From Candidatus Paceibacter sp. (GTDB lineage: Bacteria > Patescibacteriota > Minisyncoccia > UBA6257 > JAGOQP01): a stretch of 64,000 bases of DNA. The notes under the pieces are model-generated. The model ran no database searches. It saw only the letters and a program-made list of their open reading frames with translations, and was not told where the DNA came from. Shown one piece after another: positions 31,887-41,884 of this stretch (its first letter is position 1; each line of letters starts with the position of its first letter). The stretch is taken from positions 1,431 to 65,430 of the forward strand of contig DYGB01000003.1 of NCBI GenBank assembly GCA_020724905.1. Reading direction: 5' to 3'. A program made the position numbers and the translations under genes.

Positions 31887-32019
31887 CTATGGAAGGGACA
31901 AAGAAATTCGCGATACTTCTTATCGCTCTGTTAAGTATTATATATATAACCCAAGGGTTGCTTTCTTCAGTGCAATCATCTCCTGCCGAAAATATCTCTC
32001 CACACAAAGGGTATTTTGA

Positions 32020-33048
32020 TTAAGATCCGTTTTGTAATGTTGCTGAGAGGCGCTTCTTTTTGCCTTTTCTAATAATCTCTATAGACACTCTCATTCCTTC
32101 TTCTGATTCTTCGAGGGCATCTTCAAGAGTGTATGAGGGGCTGAGGGGTTTTGCATTAAATGAGACAAGAATGTCTCCTTCTTTAATTCCTGCTATGGCA
32201 GCAGGACTACGAGGAACAACTGCAGGAACTGATGATGAGGGACTTTGGACGACATGAACAAGATCATGGACTGATGATAAAGGGACGAGTGTATAACGAA
32301 CACCAAGGAATGCACGCTTAATTTTTCCGTAACGGGCAATATCATCAAGGTCGTTTTGTATGGTATCGATAGGGATACAAAATGCTACGTTCTCAGCGTG
32401 TCGTATTGCTGCTGATGTTATCCCTACAACTTTTCCTTCTGAATTTATAACAGGTCCTCCTGAGTTTCCTGGATTGATAGCAGCATCAATTTGAAAGAGT
32501 CCATGAAATTCTTTTTTGGTATGTTCATTGTATGCTTCAAGACTACGAGAGAGTCCAGATACGATTCCCATAGTAACGGTATTAGGGAATTGCCCAAGCA
32601 CTGTTCCAAGAGCATATACCGTTGTTCCAAGTTCAAGTGCATGTGCTGACCCAAGAGAAAGAGGAGCAGGGGAGTGTTTTTTCTCAGAAAGAGAAAGGTA
32701 TGCGATATCATGAAGAGGATCAGTATCAATAAGAGTCGCTTTTAGATACTCACCAGCATGGGTAATGATTGTGTAATCAAGAAATGCTTCTGAGATAACA
32801 TGAGTGTTGGTAATGATAATTCCTTTTTTATGAACGACAAAGCCACTTCCTCCACCAAAATCAAGAAGTGGTCCCTCTATCTTTTTAGAGAGAAATCGTT
32901 GTCGAGATGATCCTTTTTCAAAAACAGGAAACAGAGATGAAGGATCTGATTTTTGAAAGTCTTCTATCTTTTTTGTGGCGATGACGGATACAACTGAGGG
33001 GAGTGTTTTTTTAATAATGGTGATACGTTTTTTTTCTTCTGATGTCAT
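32020..33048 (-). CDS. HtrA/DegP-family serine protease with PDZ domain
   Basis: GNSGGPVINSEGKVVGI catalytic Ser motif, C-terminal PDZ-like region. Confidence 0.85.
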   Translation of the reverse strand: MTSEEKKRITIIKKTLPSVVSVIATKKIEDFQKSDPSSLFPVFEKGSSRQRFLSKKIEGPLLDFGGGSGFVVHKKGIIITNTHVISEAFLDYTIITHAGEYLKATLIDTDPLHDIAYLSLSEKKHSPAPLSLGSAHALELGTTVYALGTVLGQFPNTVTMGIVSGLSRSLEAYNEHTKKEFHGLFQIDAAINPGNSGGPVINSEGKVVGITSAAIRHAENVAFCIPIDTIQNDLDDIARYGKIKRAFLGVRYTLVPLSSVHDLVHVVQSPSSSVPAVVPRSPAAIAGIKEGDILVSFNAKPLSPSYTLEDALEESEEGMRVSIEIIRKGKKKRLSATLQNGS

Positions 33049-33073
33049 ATATGTCTAGTATATCGTTTTTTGT

Positions 33074-33161
33074 GCGGAGGGTACAGGATTCGAACCTGTG
33101 TTTCCAGAAAGGAAACTGCATTTCGAGTGCAGCGCATTAAACCACTCTGCCAACCCTCCAC
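33074..33161 (-). tRNA. tRNA-Ser(CGA), long variable arm
   Basis: Cloverleaf folded by hand; anticodon loop cuCGAaa; T-loop GGTTCGAAT. Confidence 0.7.
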
Positions 33162-33169
33162 TATATATG

Positions 33170-33242
33170 TGTCCTTGGCAGGAGTTGAACCTGCATCTGA
33201 AACTTAGGAGGTTTCCGTTCTATCCATTGAACTACAAGGACA
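33170..33242 (-). tRNA. tRNA-Arg(CCT)
   Basis: Acceptor tgtcctt/aaggaca, anticodon loop ctCCTaa. Confidence 0.7.
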
Positions 33243-33300
33243 TATTGTGTTCGTTGAATCTTTTGGTATTGTAATATACACAGTATATTTTACAACGTAA

Positions 33301-33373
33301 GGGCCTATAGTATAGCGGTAGAACGCTTCCATGGCATGGAAGAGGTCGGGGTTCGACTCCCCGTAGGTCCACC
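33301..33373 (+). tRNA. tRNA-Ala(GGC) with G3:U70
   Basis: Acceptor gggccta/taggtcc gives a G3-U70 pair; anticodon loop atGGCat. Confidence 0.65.
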
Positions 33374-33389
33374 TTCGGTCGTATTTATA

Positions 33390-33423
33390 ATGTCAAACTT
33401 ATTAACATCTATATGTTTGACAT
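33390..33423 (+). promoter_or_regulatory. 9-bp inverted repeat (atgtcaaac ... gtttgacat) upstream of the HTH antitoxin gene; candidate autoregulatory operator
   Basis: Read directly; arms 33390-33398 and 33415-33423. Confidence 0.4.
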
Positions 33424-33435
33424 TTTTACATATAC

Positions 33436-34143
33436 TTGTGTATACTTGTAGATATGAGTAATAAACATGCACAATTTATCAAAGCGCTGAGAGTTAAGCG
33501 TGGTTTTTCTCAATCCGAACTTGCTATAAAACTTGGAATGTCCAGACCTTCGTATATAGCAGTAGAACAAGGAAAGAAGGAATTAACTCTTTCAGAAGCA
33601 GAAAAACTTTCTGAGATTTTTGGGGTGTCTCTGAAAGAAATGGAAAGTGGTGTCTTTGCGAATTATGAAAAATATAAACAAATGATCATTGCTTATATAA
33701 GAAATGCTGGATCAAAGAAAAACGGGTGTATCACAAAAACAAAGCTAGCTAAACTTGTATATTTAGCGGATTTTGCATGGTTTTATAACCACTTAGAAAG
33801 CATGAGTGGTATGCAGTATAGAAAAATTCAATATGGACCTGTCCCAGATTCTTATTTCCGTGCTATAGATGAGCTTTTTGAAGATGGGCAAATTGAGATT
33901 ATTCCAACAGAAGATGGGGCTATGCTTATTTCTCAAACGAGAAATGGAGCAAAGATTGCGCTATCTGAAATTAATAAAGACGAAAAAAAACTTATAAAAA
34001 ATATTTCAGATAAGTGGAAAGACAAGAATACGAAAGAGATAGTTGCTTTTACTCATAACCAACTTCCATACGCTGTCTGTTTAGATAATGAAATTATTCC
34101 GTATGAATTAATAACTCAGGAAAATCCAGAAGATGTCTACTAA
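33436..34143 (+). CDS. HTH (XRE-family) plus Panacea/DUF4065-domain protein, antitoxin-like
   Basis: N-terminal XRE HTH (LRVKRGFSQSELAIKLGMSRPSYIAVEQG). C-terminal KLAKLVYLADFAWF...QYRKIQYGPVPDSYF matches the DUF4065/Panacea pattern. Confidence 0.7.
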   Translation: MCILVDMSNKHAQFIKALRVKRGFSQSELAIKLGMSRPSYIAVEQGKKELTLSEAEKLSEIFGVSLKEMESGVFANYEKYKQMIIAYIRNAGSKKNGCITKTKLAKLVYLADFAWFYNHLESMSGMQYRKIQYGPVPDSYFRAIDELFEDGQIEIIPTEDGAMLISQTRNGAKIALSEINKDEKKLIKNISDKWKDKNTKEIVAFTHNQLPYAVCLDNEIIPYELITQENPEDVY

Positions 34144-34528
34144 GTATGTTGTTATCATAGAACCATTTGCCGATAGGCACTACATAAGAACCTTTGCTAA
34201 AAAATATAAAAAGGCTTGGGATTTCACTTTATCAGCTATAGTTCGTGAACTTCAAAGTTTTGACGTCATTCTGAAAAAGAGTATTACTGAAGAAATTACA
34301 GATAAAAATGCTGATATTGTTATTTGTAAAACAGAATTTAAGATTTCAGGAACGCAAGAATCAAGACATGGCTCAGGTAATAGATGCATTGTGGCAAAGC
34401 ATAAAAATACGAACAAGATTTGTGTTTTACTTGTGTATCATAAAAACGATCTAGGTGGTGGAAATGAGACTGCAAATTGGAAAAATGTAATTAAAGAAAA
34501 TTATCCAGAATATAAAGATTTACTTTAA
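34133..34528 (+). CDS. putative toxin partner (RelE/ParE-superfamily-like), overlaps upstream gene by 11 nt
   Basis: 131 aa with basic residues; C-terminal ...RCIVAKHKNTNKICVLLVYHKNDL resembles the RelE/ParE beta-sheet core. Operon position immediately downstream of the Panacea gene. Confidence 0.35.
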   Translation: MSTKYVVIIEPFADRHYIRTFAKKYKKAWDFTLSAIVRELQSFDVILKKSITEEITDKNADIVICKTEFKISGTQESRHGSGNRCIVAKHKNTNKICVLLVYHKNDLGGGNETANWKNVIKENYPEYKDLL

Positions 34529-34598
34529 TTTCTCAACATTAGAAATAAAGACAACAAAAAACCCGCAGATTAATCTACGGGGTTTTTGTATATATCTG

Positions 34599-34670
34599 TC
34601 GGGCCACCGGGACTCGAACCCGAACTAAATCCTCCCAAAGGACTCGTGCTAGCCATTACACTATGGCCCG
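34599..34670 (-). tRNA. tRNA-Pro(TGG)
   Basis: Anticodon loop ttTGGga with G37; acceptor cgggcca/tggcccg. Confidence 0.65.
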
Positions 34671-34675
34671 AGATG

Positions 34676-34747
34676 TGCCGCGAGAGGGAATCGAACCCCC
34701 GACGCTATCCTCTTCAGGGATACGCTCTACCACTGAGCTATCGCGGC
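34676..34747 (-). tRNA. tRNA-Phe(GAA)
   Basis: gccgcgatagctcagtggtagagcg..., anticodon loop ctGAAga. Confidence 0.75.
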
Positions 34748-34886
34748 TATTTGATGTTATAAAAGACCTGCTTATCATAGCACGCTATTATTTCTTTGCA
34801 ATATAAATTAGTACCCCTGGATCAGGGATGTTAGAAATTCACTTAAGGGGAGGTAAATTTTGAATAGGGTGTGATAAAATAAAGGC

Positions 34887-35360
34887 ATGGAAAAATCGGT
34901 ATATATAAAGAAAAAAAAGGAAGCCGAAGATATCTACAATAGACAAAGCAAGATTTACAGCCCCTTTTTTAAAGAAAACATAGTTTTAAATTCTGATGGA
35001 TTTCATCATCTTAGATATTCTGCAAGAAAAGAAAGGAAAAAGGAAGAACAAGTATTAAAGTTCATTCTACTACCAAAAGGGCTTCATATTTTAAAGAAAG
35101 CAACCACCGTTCAAGAATACAGAAAGATTTTAATGCCTATAGGAAAAAGATCTAAACGAGATGGATCCATTCAAATGAAGTATGTTGAATGGTGGGGTTT
35201 TATTGCTATATTCATGGAAAGCAAAAATAAAACAAAAGTAAGAGTCGTCTTAAGAAGGATTGGGCAAGGAAATGTTCATTTTTGGAGTGTGATGCCTCAT
35301 TCAAAAATTAGAAATGACAGAACACAGAAGCTTTTTACACAAGGTTTGGAGGATGATTGA
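34887..35360 (+). CDS. hypothetical protein (basic, 157 aa) in tRNA island
   Basis: ORF only; followed by an 11-bp-stem hairpin at 35365-35399. Confidence 0.4.
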   Translation: MEKSVYIKKKKEAEDIYNRQSKIYSPFFKENIVLNSDGFHHLRYSARKERKKEEQVLKFILLPKGLHILKKATTVQEYRKILMPIGKRSKRDGSIQMKYVEWWGFIAIFMESKNKTKVRVVLRRIGQGNVHFWSVMPHSKIRNDRTQKLFTQGLEDD

Positions 35361-35587
35361 AATAAACAAAAACACCATCAATAAGACAGTGTTTTTGTTG
35401 TGCTTGTCTTCAGCTTTGGAACTCCTTAGCTGAACGGGGCTTTCGCCCACAAGCACATTTGTATACTAGCACAAATAGATTAAAAGTCAAAATAAGGATG
35501 TGGATATGAAAAAGACGAAACTTCTATAATGAGGAAGAATTTTTATATGCTTTTTATATTTTACACCCTGTATTAATTTCGTTAATG

Positions 35588-35659
35588 TACCCCCGGAGGG
35601 AATCGAACCCCCATCCGCTCCTTAGAAGGGAGCTGTTCTATCCGTTGAACTACGGGGGC
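35588..35659 (-). tRNA. tRNA-Arg(TCT)
   Basis: Anticodon loop ctTCTaa; acceptor gcccccg. Confidence 0.7.
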
Positions 35660-35746
35660 AAGGATACAAGCTGATTGTATCTGTATAGAGCATTTAAATC
35701 AACCTATTGCTTTTTTGTAGTCTGTCTCATACAATGAGGTTCTGAT

Positions 35747-35823
35747 GGTGGGCGTAGCTCAGTTGGTAGAGCGTCAGGTTGTGGCCCTGAAGGTCGCCGG
35801 TTCAAGCCCGGTCGCTCACCCCA
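35747..35823 (+). tRNA. tRNA-His(GTG) with genomically encoded G-1 and CCA
   Basis: Extra 5' G opposite discriminator C73; anticodon loop ttGTGgc; 3' ...cgctcac c cca. Confidence 0.8.
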
Positions 35824-35917
35824 CCAAAAACTCTCCTCTATATAAGGGAGAGTTTTTATATGCACACCTTCACTATGAAAAGGTGCTATACTATAGGTAA
35901 GTAATAAATAATAAACG

Positions 35918-36778
35918 ATGAAACACAGTATTATCATCCTTGTTGCCTTGGCAGTTGCTCTTCCTGCAATGGCACAGCCAGCACTCCAGAACGCTCCACG
36001 AGAGCGTGGAGGAGAGATGGAAAGGGAAAGAATCGGTGAAATAGAGGGACTTCAAGAAGAAGTTCGAGAAAGAGCAAACGAGATGCGTGAAGTAATGAAT
36101 CAAGAAAGGGAAGTAATGAAAAATGAGCTGCAAGAAAAAAGAGCAGAACTTCAATTGCAGCATCAGGAGGTAAGAGGACAGATTCTTGATAATGGTGTTG
36201 TGGGAGAAGAAGAGATGATGCAGCTTCAGGAGAAGCGAGAAGCGATGAAGCAAGAGATAGAGCAAAAGAGAGAAGCATTCAAGCAAACATATGAAGAAAG
36301 AAAGGCTCAGTATGAGCAAGAACGAGAACAGTACAAAGAACGTATACAAGAGTCTGCAAGAGCATTTTCTGATGAAAGAAAACAGCAGGCAGCACTCAGA
36401 GCTCATGATGCTATAGGGACAGTTAATGAAAAGATAACTGAGAACTTTAGCAGGATGATTGAAAGGCTTGAAGGAGTATTACTCGGAGCAGTATCTCAAA
36501 TGGAAACGTATCAAGGGGAGGGGGTGAATGTAGATGCACTTTCATCAGCAATTGATAACGCACAAGGAGCACTTGATCTTGCACGAAATGCAGTTGAAGA
36601 ACAAAGACTTAAGGTGTATGAAATTCCAGAAACAATAACAGAAGATGAAGTACGTGATGTTCTCAAAGAAGTCAGAGACATGCTCCATGAAGATCTTTCT
36701 GCTATACGAGATCTTCTCAAGGATGCACTTGAGTATGTTGGTACAGTTCGTTCAACACTTTCAGTAACTAATCAATAA
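35918..36778 (+). CDS. secreted coiled-coil protein, Glu/Arg/Gln-rich
   Basis: Signal peptide MKHSIIILVALAVALPAMAQ, then repetitive charged helical sequence. Confidence 0.6.
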   Translation: MKHSIIILVALAVALPAMAQPALQNAPRERGGEMERERIGEIEGLQEEVRERANEMREVMNQEREVMKNELQEKRAELQLQHQEVRGQILDNGVVGEEEMMQLQEKREAMKQEIEQKREAFKQTYEERKAQYEQEREQYKERIQESARAFSDERKQQAALRAHDAIGTVNEKITENFSRMIERLEGVLLGAVSQMETYQGEGVNVDALSSAIDNAQGALDLARNAVEEQRLKVYEIPETITEDEVRDVLKEVRDMLHEDLSAIRDLLKDALEYVGTVRSTLSVTNQ

Positions 36779-36780
36779 GT

Positions 36781-36996
36781 ATGAAAAAATCACTTATTAC
36801 ACTCATTGTCATTGTATTTATCGTGCTTCTTGCACTTCTTGCATGGCAACTTGGGTATTTTTCTTCTTCAGATGTAGACACAATTGAAGAAACTCCACAA
36901 GAACAAACAGAAACATTTAGTGAACTAGAGGCATCTTTACAGACAGATTTTGAAGCAGATTTTCAAGAAATAGATCAGGAACTGGAAAACCTCTAA
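36781..36996 (+). CDS. small membrane protein with acidic tail
   Basis: One TM helix; terminator hairpin at 37005-37032. Confidence 0.4.
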   Translation: MKKSLITLIVIVFIVLLALLAWQLGYFSSSDVDTIEETPQEQTETFSELEASLQTDFEADFQEIDQELENL

Positions 36997-37109
36997 AAAA
37001 CATCAAAAACCCGCTTTTAAAGCGGGTTTTTATGTGGTAAAAAAGATGATTTTTTAGATATTCTATGCTAGAATAAAAGGAGATTCAACATAAGGGCGTT
37101 GTATTTTTT

Positions 37110-39059
37110 ATGGCTGAAAAGAAACAAAAAGAAAAAGAAAATAAACCCTCATATAGTGCGAAAGATATTTTTGTACTTGAGGGACTTGATCCTGTTCGAA
37201 AACGACCAGGAATGTATATTGGTTCAACGGGTGTTGATGGACTTCACCACCTTATTTGGGAAGTTATCGACAACTCCATTGACGAAGCAATGGCAGGACA
37301 TGCAACATTTGTCCGATTACGCCTGCTCAAAGATGGTATTGTTGAAGTAACTGACAATGGACGAGGTATTCCAGTCGACCCTCATCCACAAACAAAAAAA
37401 TCAGCTCTTGAGACAGTACTTTCAACACTTCATGCTGGAGGAAAGTTTGGTGGAGAATCATACAAAGTATCAGGAGGACTTCATGGAGTAGGAGTATCTG
37501 TAGTCAATGCACTTTCTGAATACCTGAAGGCAGAGGTTCATAGAGATGGGGGAGTATATGTTCAGGAATATGAACGAGGAAAACCAAAAAAAGCAGTAAA
37601 AAAGATTGGGAAAACAGATACAACAGGAACCACAATAACCTTTAAAGCAGACAAAGAAATATTCTCAGAAATACGTTACGACAGAAAAAAGATTATTGAT
37701 CATCTGCGACAACAAGCATTTCTTGTAAAAGGAATGTATATAGAAATTATTGATGAACGAGAAGAGATTCCATTTTTCCATGCATTTAAATTTGACGGAG
37801 GACTTCTTTCATTCTTGGGGTATTTAAATGAATTTGGAGATCAGGTTCAAAATAAACCATTCTATGTTAATAAAGAACACGAAGAAATTGAAGTAGAGGT
37901 AGCTTTTCTATATAACAATGACGCAGAAACACAAGAATTGAGTTTTGCAAATAACATCTATACACCTGATGGGGGAATGCATTTGACTGGATTTCGAACA
38001 GCTCTTACCCGTGTGTTAAATGATTTTGCTCGAGAAGGAAACTATATTAAAGACAAAGAAGAGAATCTCACTGGGGAAGATGCTCGTGAGGGAATTGTTG
38101 CAGTGGTATCAGTAAAGATACGAGAACCACAGTTTGAAGGGCAAACAAAGGCTCGCTTAGGAAATCCTCCAGCACGAACAGCTGTTGAGAGCGTTGTAGC
38201 CGAAGCACTTAAAGAATTCTTGGAAAAGAATACACAAGAAGGAAGAGCTATTATTGGAAAAGCACTTCTTGCAGCAAAGGCACGAAAAGCAGCAAAAGCG
38301 GCAAAAGATACAGTACTTCGAAAAGGACCACTTGAAGGATTAACACTTCCTGGAAAACTTGCAGACTGTACGTCAAAGAATCCAGAAGAGTCAGAACTCT
38401 TTATTGTTGAGGGAGACTCTGCTGGTGGATCAGGAAAACAGGGGAGAGATAGACGATTCCAAGCCATCCTTCCTCTCAAAGGAAAAATTCTAAACGTAGA
38501 GAAATCTCGTTTGGATAAAATGCTTGCAAACAATGAAATAAAATCTATCGTTATTGCTCTAGGAACAGCTATTGGTGTTGATTTTACCGTTGAAAAGATT
38601 CGGTATCATAAAATTATCATCATGACGGATGCTGATGTTGATGGAGCTCACATTAGAACACTTCTTTTAACTCTTTTCTTTAGGTATTTCAGAGATACGA
38701 TTGATCAGGGATATATTTATATAGCCCAACCACCACTATATCGTATTCAACAGGGAAGACAGTTTGAATATGTGTATTCAGAACAAGACAAGGATGTTAT
38801 CTTAAAGCAGTTACGAAAAGAGAAAGGGGATGACCTTAAGGGTGTTTCCATCCAACGATATAAGGGTCTTGGAGAAATGAATGCGAACCAACTCTGGGAG
38901 ACAACAATGGATCCAGAAACACGTCGTCTTAAAAAAGTAACCATTCAGGACGCACAGGAGGCAGATCGTATCTTTGATGTGTTGATGGGAGAGAAAGTAG
39001 CTCCTCGAAAACATTTCATCCAAAGTCGAGCAACAACAGTGAAAAATCTTGACATTTAG
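37110..39059 (+). CDS. gyrB: DNA gyrase subunit B (type IIA topoisomerase B subunit)
   Basis: GHKL ATPase, Toprim (EGDSAGGS) and C-terminal domain motifs, 649 aa. Confidence 0.85.
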   Translation: MAEKKQKEKENKPSYSAKDIFVLEGLDPVRKRPGMYIGSTGVDGLHHLIWEVIDNSIDEAMAGHATFVRLRLLKDGIVEVTDNGRGIPVDPHPQTKKSALETVLSTLHAGGKFGGESYKVSGGLHGVGVSVVNALSEYLKAEVHRDGGVYVQEYERGKPKKAVKKIGKTDTTGTTITFKADKEIFSEIRYDRKKIIDHLRQQAFLVKGMYIEIIDEREEIPFFHAFKFDGGLLSFLGYLNEFGDQVQNKPFYVNKEHEEIEVEVAFLYNNDAETQELSFANNIYTPDGGMHLTGFRTALTRVLNDFAREGNYIKDKEENLTGEDAREGIVAVVSVKIREPQFEGQTKARLGNPPARTAVESVVAEALKEFLEKNTQEGRAIIGKALLAAKARKAAKAAKDTVLRKGPLEGLTLPGKLADCTSKNPEESELFIVEGDSAGGSGKQGRDRRFQAILPLKGKILNVEKSRLDKMLANNEIKSIVIALGTAIGVDFTVEKIRYHKIIIMTDADVDGAHIRTLLLTLFFRYFRDTIDQGYIYIAQPPLYRIQQGRQFEYVYSEQDKDVILKQLRKEKGDDLKGVSIQRYKGLGEMNANQLWETTMDPETRRLKKVTIQDAQEADRIFDVLMGEKVAPRKHFIQSRATTVKNLDI

Positions 39060-39111
39060 TAGGTCCATTGTATACTTCTGCTGTGCAGGTATATGAACCC
39101 TCAGGTATAGT

Positions 39112-39297
39112 ATGATACAAAAAATACAAACATATTTTACAGAGTCATATAAAGAGCTTCGAAAGGTAAATTGGCCAACATCACAAGAAACGGTCCGATT
39201 AACAGGTATTGTGATAGCGCTTTCCTTAGGAGTAGCTCTCTTTTTAGGGCTTTTAGACATTGGTTTTACCTATATTCTTTCTCAACTTATTACCTAA
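39112..39297 (+). CDS. secE: preprotein translocase subunit SecE
   Basis: 61 aa, KVNWPTSQETVRLTGIVIALSLGVALFLGLLD. Confidence 0.8.
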   Translation: MIQKIQTYFTESYKELRKVNWPTSQETVRLTGIVIALSLGVALFLGLLDIGFTYILSQLIT

Positions 39298-39301
39298 CTT
39301 T

Positions 39302-39922
39302 ATGGAAGAGAAAAAAGAAGACCAAACAACAGAAGAAACAACAGAACGAAAAACTCCTAAACAGCTTCGTTTTGACGAGAAAACAAAGTCACAACGAGCA
39401 TGGTATGCAGTGCATACCTATTCAGGGTATGAGGATGCAGTTGCACGATATTTAAAACAGCGTGTTGAATCACTCTCAATGAACGACAAGATCTTTAATG
39501 TGATCGTTCCAAAAGAGAAGAAGATCAGAATAAAGAATGGAAAACGAAAGACAGTTGAAGAGAAGATCTACCCAGGATATGTGCTTGTTGATATGAACCT
39601 CACAGAAGATTCATGGTATGTTGTTCGAAATACTCCTCGTGTTATGGGATTTGTTGGACCAGATTCAACAAAACCAACACCACTTTCAAAATCAGAGATA
39701 GATTATCTCATGTCAAAGATAAAAGGTGATGAAGGAGAAGCACGATATCGAGTTGAATACAGTGAAGGAGATTTAGTGAAAGTTATCGATGGTCCATTTA
39801 ATGATTATGAAGGGAAGATTATAGAAGTTGATGAAGAACAGGGGAGAGTAAAAGTATCCATTCCTGTCTTTGGTCGAGAAACAATAACAGAGATTGATTC
39901 ACTACAAGTTCAAAAAATATAA
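39302..39922 (+). CDS. nusG: transcription antitermination protein NusG
   Basis: NGN domain ([11 protein letters not shown]) and KOW ([16 protein letters not shown]). The ORF is listed from 39260; the likely start is the MEEKK at 39302. Confidence 0.85.
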   Translation: MEEKKEDQTTEETTERKTPKQLRFDEKTKSQRAWYAVHTYSGYEDAVARYLKQRVESLSMNDKIFNVIVPKEKKIRIKNGKRKTVEEKIYPGYVLVDMNLTEDSWYVVRNTPRVMGFVGPDSTKPTPLSKSEIDYLMSKIKGDEGEARYRVEYSEGDLVKVIDGPFNDYEGKIIEVDEEQGRVKVSIPVFGRETITEIDSLQVQKI

Positions 39923-39924
39923 CT

Positions 39925-40347
39925 ATGGCAAAAGCAATAAAAAAAGTAGTAAAACTACAACTACAAGCAGGGGAAGCAACACCAGCTCCTCCTACCGGAA
40001 CAGCACTTGGTCCACATGGAATTAACATTGGTCAGTTCTGTCAGCAGTTTAATGACGCAACAAAAGAAATGAAAGGGAGTATTATCCCAGCAGAAATTAC
40101 CATCTATGAAGATCGTTCATTTGATTTTAAATTAAAAACTCCTCCAGCATCAGATATGTTGCGAAAAGCAGCTGGGATAGGAAAGGGAGCAGCAAATCCA
40201 TTGAAAGACAAAGTAGGGAAGGTAACAAAGGCTCAAATAAAGGAAATTGCTGAAAAGAAAATGGAAGATTTGAATGCTACAAGTATCGAAGGAGCTATGA
40301 AGATTATCGAAGGAACAGCACGATCAATGGGCATTGAAGTTAAATAA
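39925..40347 (+). CDS. rplK: 50S ribosomal protein L11
   Basis: [43 protein letters not shown]; terminator at 40361-40390. Confidence 0.9.
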   Translation: MAKAIKKVVKLQLQAGEATPAPPTGTALGPHGINIGQFCQQFNDATKEMKGSIIPAEITIYEDRSFDFKLKTPPASDMLRKAAGIGKGAANPLKDKVGKVTKAQIKEIAEKKMEDLNATSIEGAMKIIEGTARSMGIEVK

Positions 40348-40429
40348 CATCTCAGTATATAAAAATCCGTCTCTTTAAGGCGGATTTTTTGTGCAAAAAT
40401 GGTAATATAAGACGTGTTAGTTTATACTT

Positions 40430-41884
40430 TTGTATATGACGTATCATCCAACAATCGGACTTGAAGTACACGTTGAGCTTCTTACAGAACGGAAGATGTT
40501 TTGTGATTGTCGTAATGATGAAACAGAACTTCAGGCAAATAAGAATACCTGTCCTATCTGTCTAGGCCATCCTGGAACACTTCCTCGTGCAAATAAAAAG
40601 GCAATTGATTACGTTATTAAAACAGGGAGAGCACTTCACTGTTCTATTAACAAAGAATCGAAATTTGACAGAAAAAACTATTTTTATCCAGATCTTCCAA
40701 AGGCATATCAGATTAGTCAGTACGATCAACCACTCTGTATTGATGGATTTTTAGAACTTCCTTTTTCAAAACATACCATACGGATAAAACGTATCCATCT
40801 TGAAGAAGATACAGCACGACTCTCTCATGCGGCAGATGGGAAACATAGTCTTGTTGATTTTAATCGTGCTGGAGTTCCCCTTATGGAACTTGTCACAGAA
40901 CCTGATTTCCATTCAGCAAGTGATGTTGTTGAATTTGCTCAAGAATTTCAGCTCATTCTTCGCTACCTTGGGGTATCAGACGGTGATATGGAAAAGGGGC
41001 ACCTTCGTCTTGAAGCGAATATTTCTGTTGCTCCTGAGGGGAGTGAAACACTTGGAACAAAAGTTGAGATAAAAAACCTTAACTCATTTAAAGTTCTTGA
41101 AAAATCTATTTCTTTTGAAATTGAGAGGCAGTCAAAGGTATATGAAGAAGGAGGATCAATTACACAAGAGACACGAGGATGGGATGAGGAAAAAGGGGAG
41201 ACAGTATCACAACGATCAAAAGAGGAAGCACATGACTATCGATATTTCCCCGAACCAGATCTTCCACCACTTCATTTTTCAGATGAAGATATACGGGTAA
41301 TAGAAGAAAGCATCGCAGAACTTCCTCAAGAAAGAAGAGAAAGACTCTCAAAAGAATATGGACTCTCAGAGAAACAATCTCATGAGCTTGCAAAAGATAT
41401 CTTTTATACAGATTTCTTTGAAGAAGCGGTATCAGAAGCACGAGCACTTGATAAGGGTATTGATCCAAAGAAAGTATACAACTACCTCTTTTCAGATGTA
41501 CGAGGAATAGAGCTTGATATTGCACTCAGTTTAGATGATTCTCATCTCACTCCTCAGAAATTAGCAGATATTGTGGTAAGGGTCACAAGAGGAGATATTT
41601 CAAGTAGAGTCGCAAAAGATATACTCAGCGTTATGTTTCAAGAAGATATATCTGCTGAAGGATATATCAAAGAACATAACCTTGGACAGATATCAGACCC
41701 AGATGCTCTTAGAGGTATTGCAGCAGGCGTGATTAAGGAACATCCTGATGCGGTAGAACAATTTCAGAAAGGAAAAGAGAATGCTGTTCAATTTCTTCTA
41801 GGGCAGGTGATGGCAAAAACAAAGGGAGCTGCAGACCCAAAAGAAAGTAAAGACATCCTCCTAGACCTTCTTAAGAAAATGTAG
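40430..41884 (+). CDS. gatB: aspartyl/glutamyl-tRNA amidotransferase subunit B
   Basis: YHPTIGLEVHVEL...CDCRND N-terminus, GatB core and C-terminal YqeY-like domain. Confidence 0.85.
   Translation: MYMTYHPTIGLEVHVELLTERKMFCDCRNDETELQANKNTCPICLGHPGTLPRANKKAIDYVIKTGRALHCSINKESKFDRKNYFYPDLPKAYQISQYDQPLCIDGFLELPFSKHTIRIKRIHLEEDTARLSHAADGKHSLVDFNRAGVPLMELVTEPDFHSASDVVEFAQEFQLILRYLGVSDGDMEKGHLRLEANISVAPEGSETLGTKVEIKNLNSFKVLEKSISFEIERQSKVYEEGGSITQETRGWDEEKGETVSQRSKEEAHDYRYFPEPDLPPLHFSDEDIRVIEESIAELPQERRERLSKEYGLSEKQSHELAKDIFYTDFFEEAVSEARALDKGIDPKKVYNYLFSDVRGIELDIALSLDDSHLTPQKLADIVVRVTRGDISSRVAKDILSVMFQEDISAEGYIKEHNLGQISDPDALRGIAAGVIKEHPDAVEQFQKGKENAVQFLLGQVMAKTKGAADPKESKDILLDLLKKM

Noticed and set aside
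31889-32023. 44-aa hydrophobic micro-ORF (MEGTKKFAILLIALLSIIYIT...) immediately after leuS
   Set aside because: No SD, and no conservation evidence can be judged from the sequence alone; it lies in the convergent region between leuS and htrA. Not reported as a gene.
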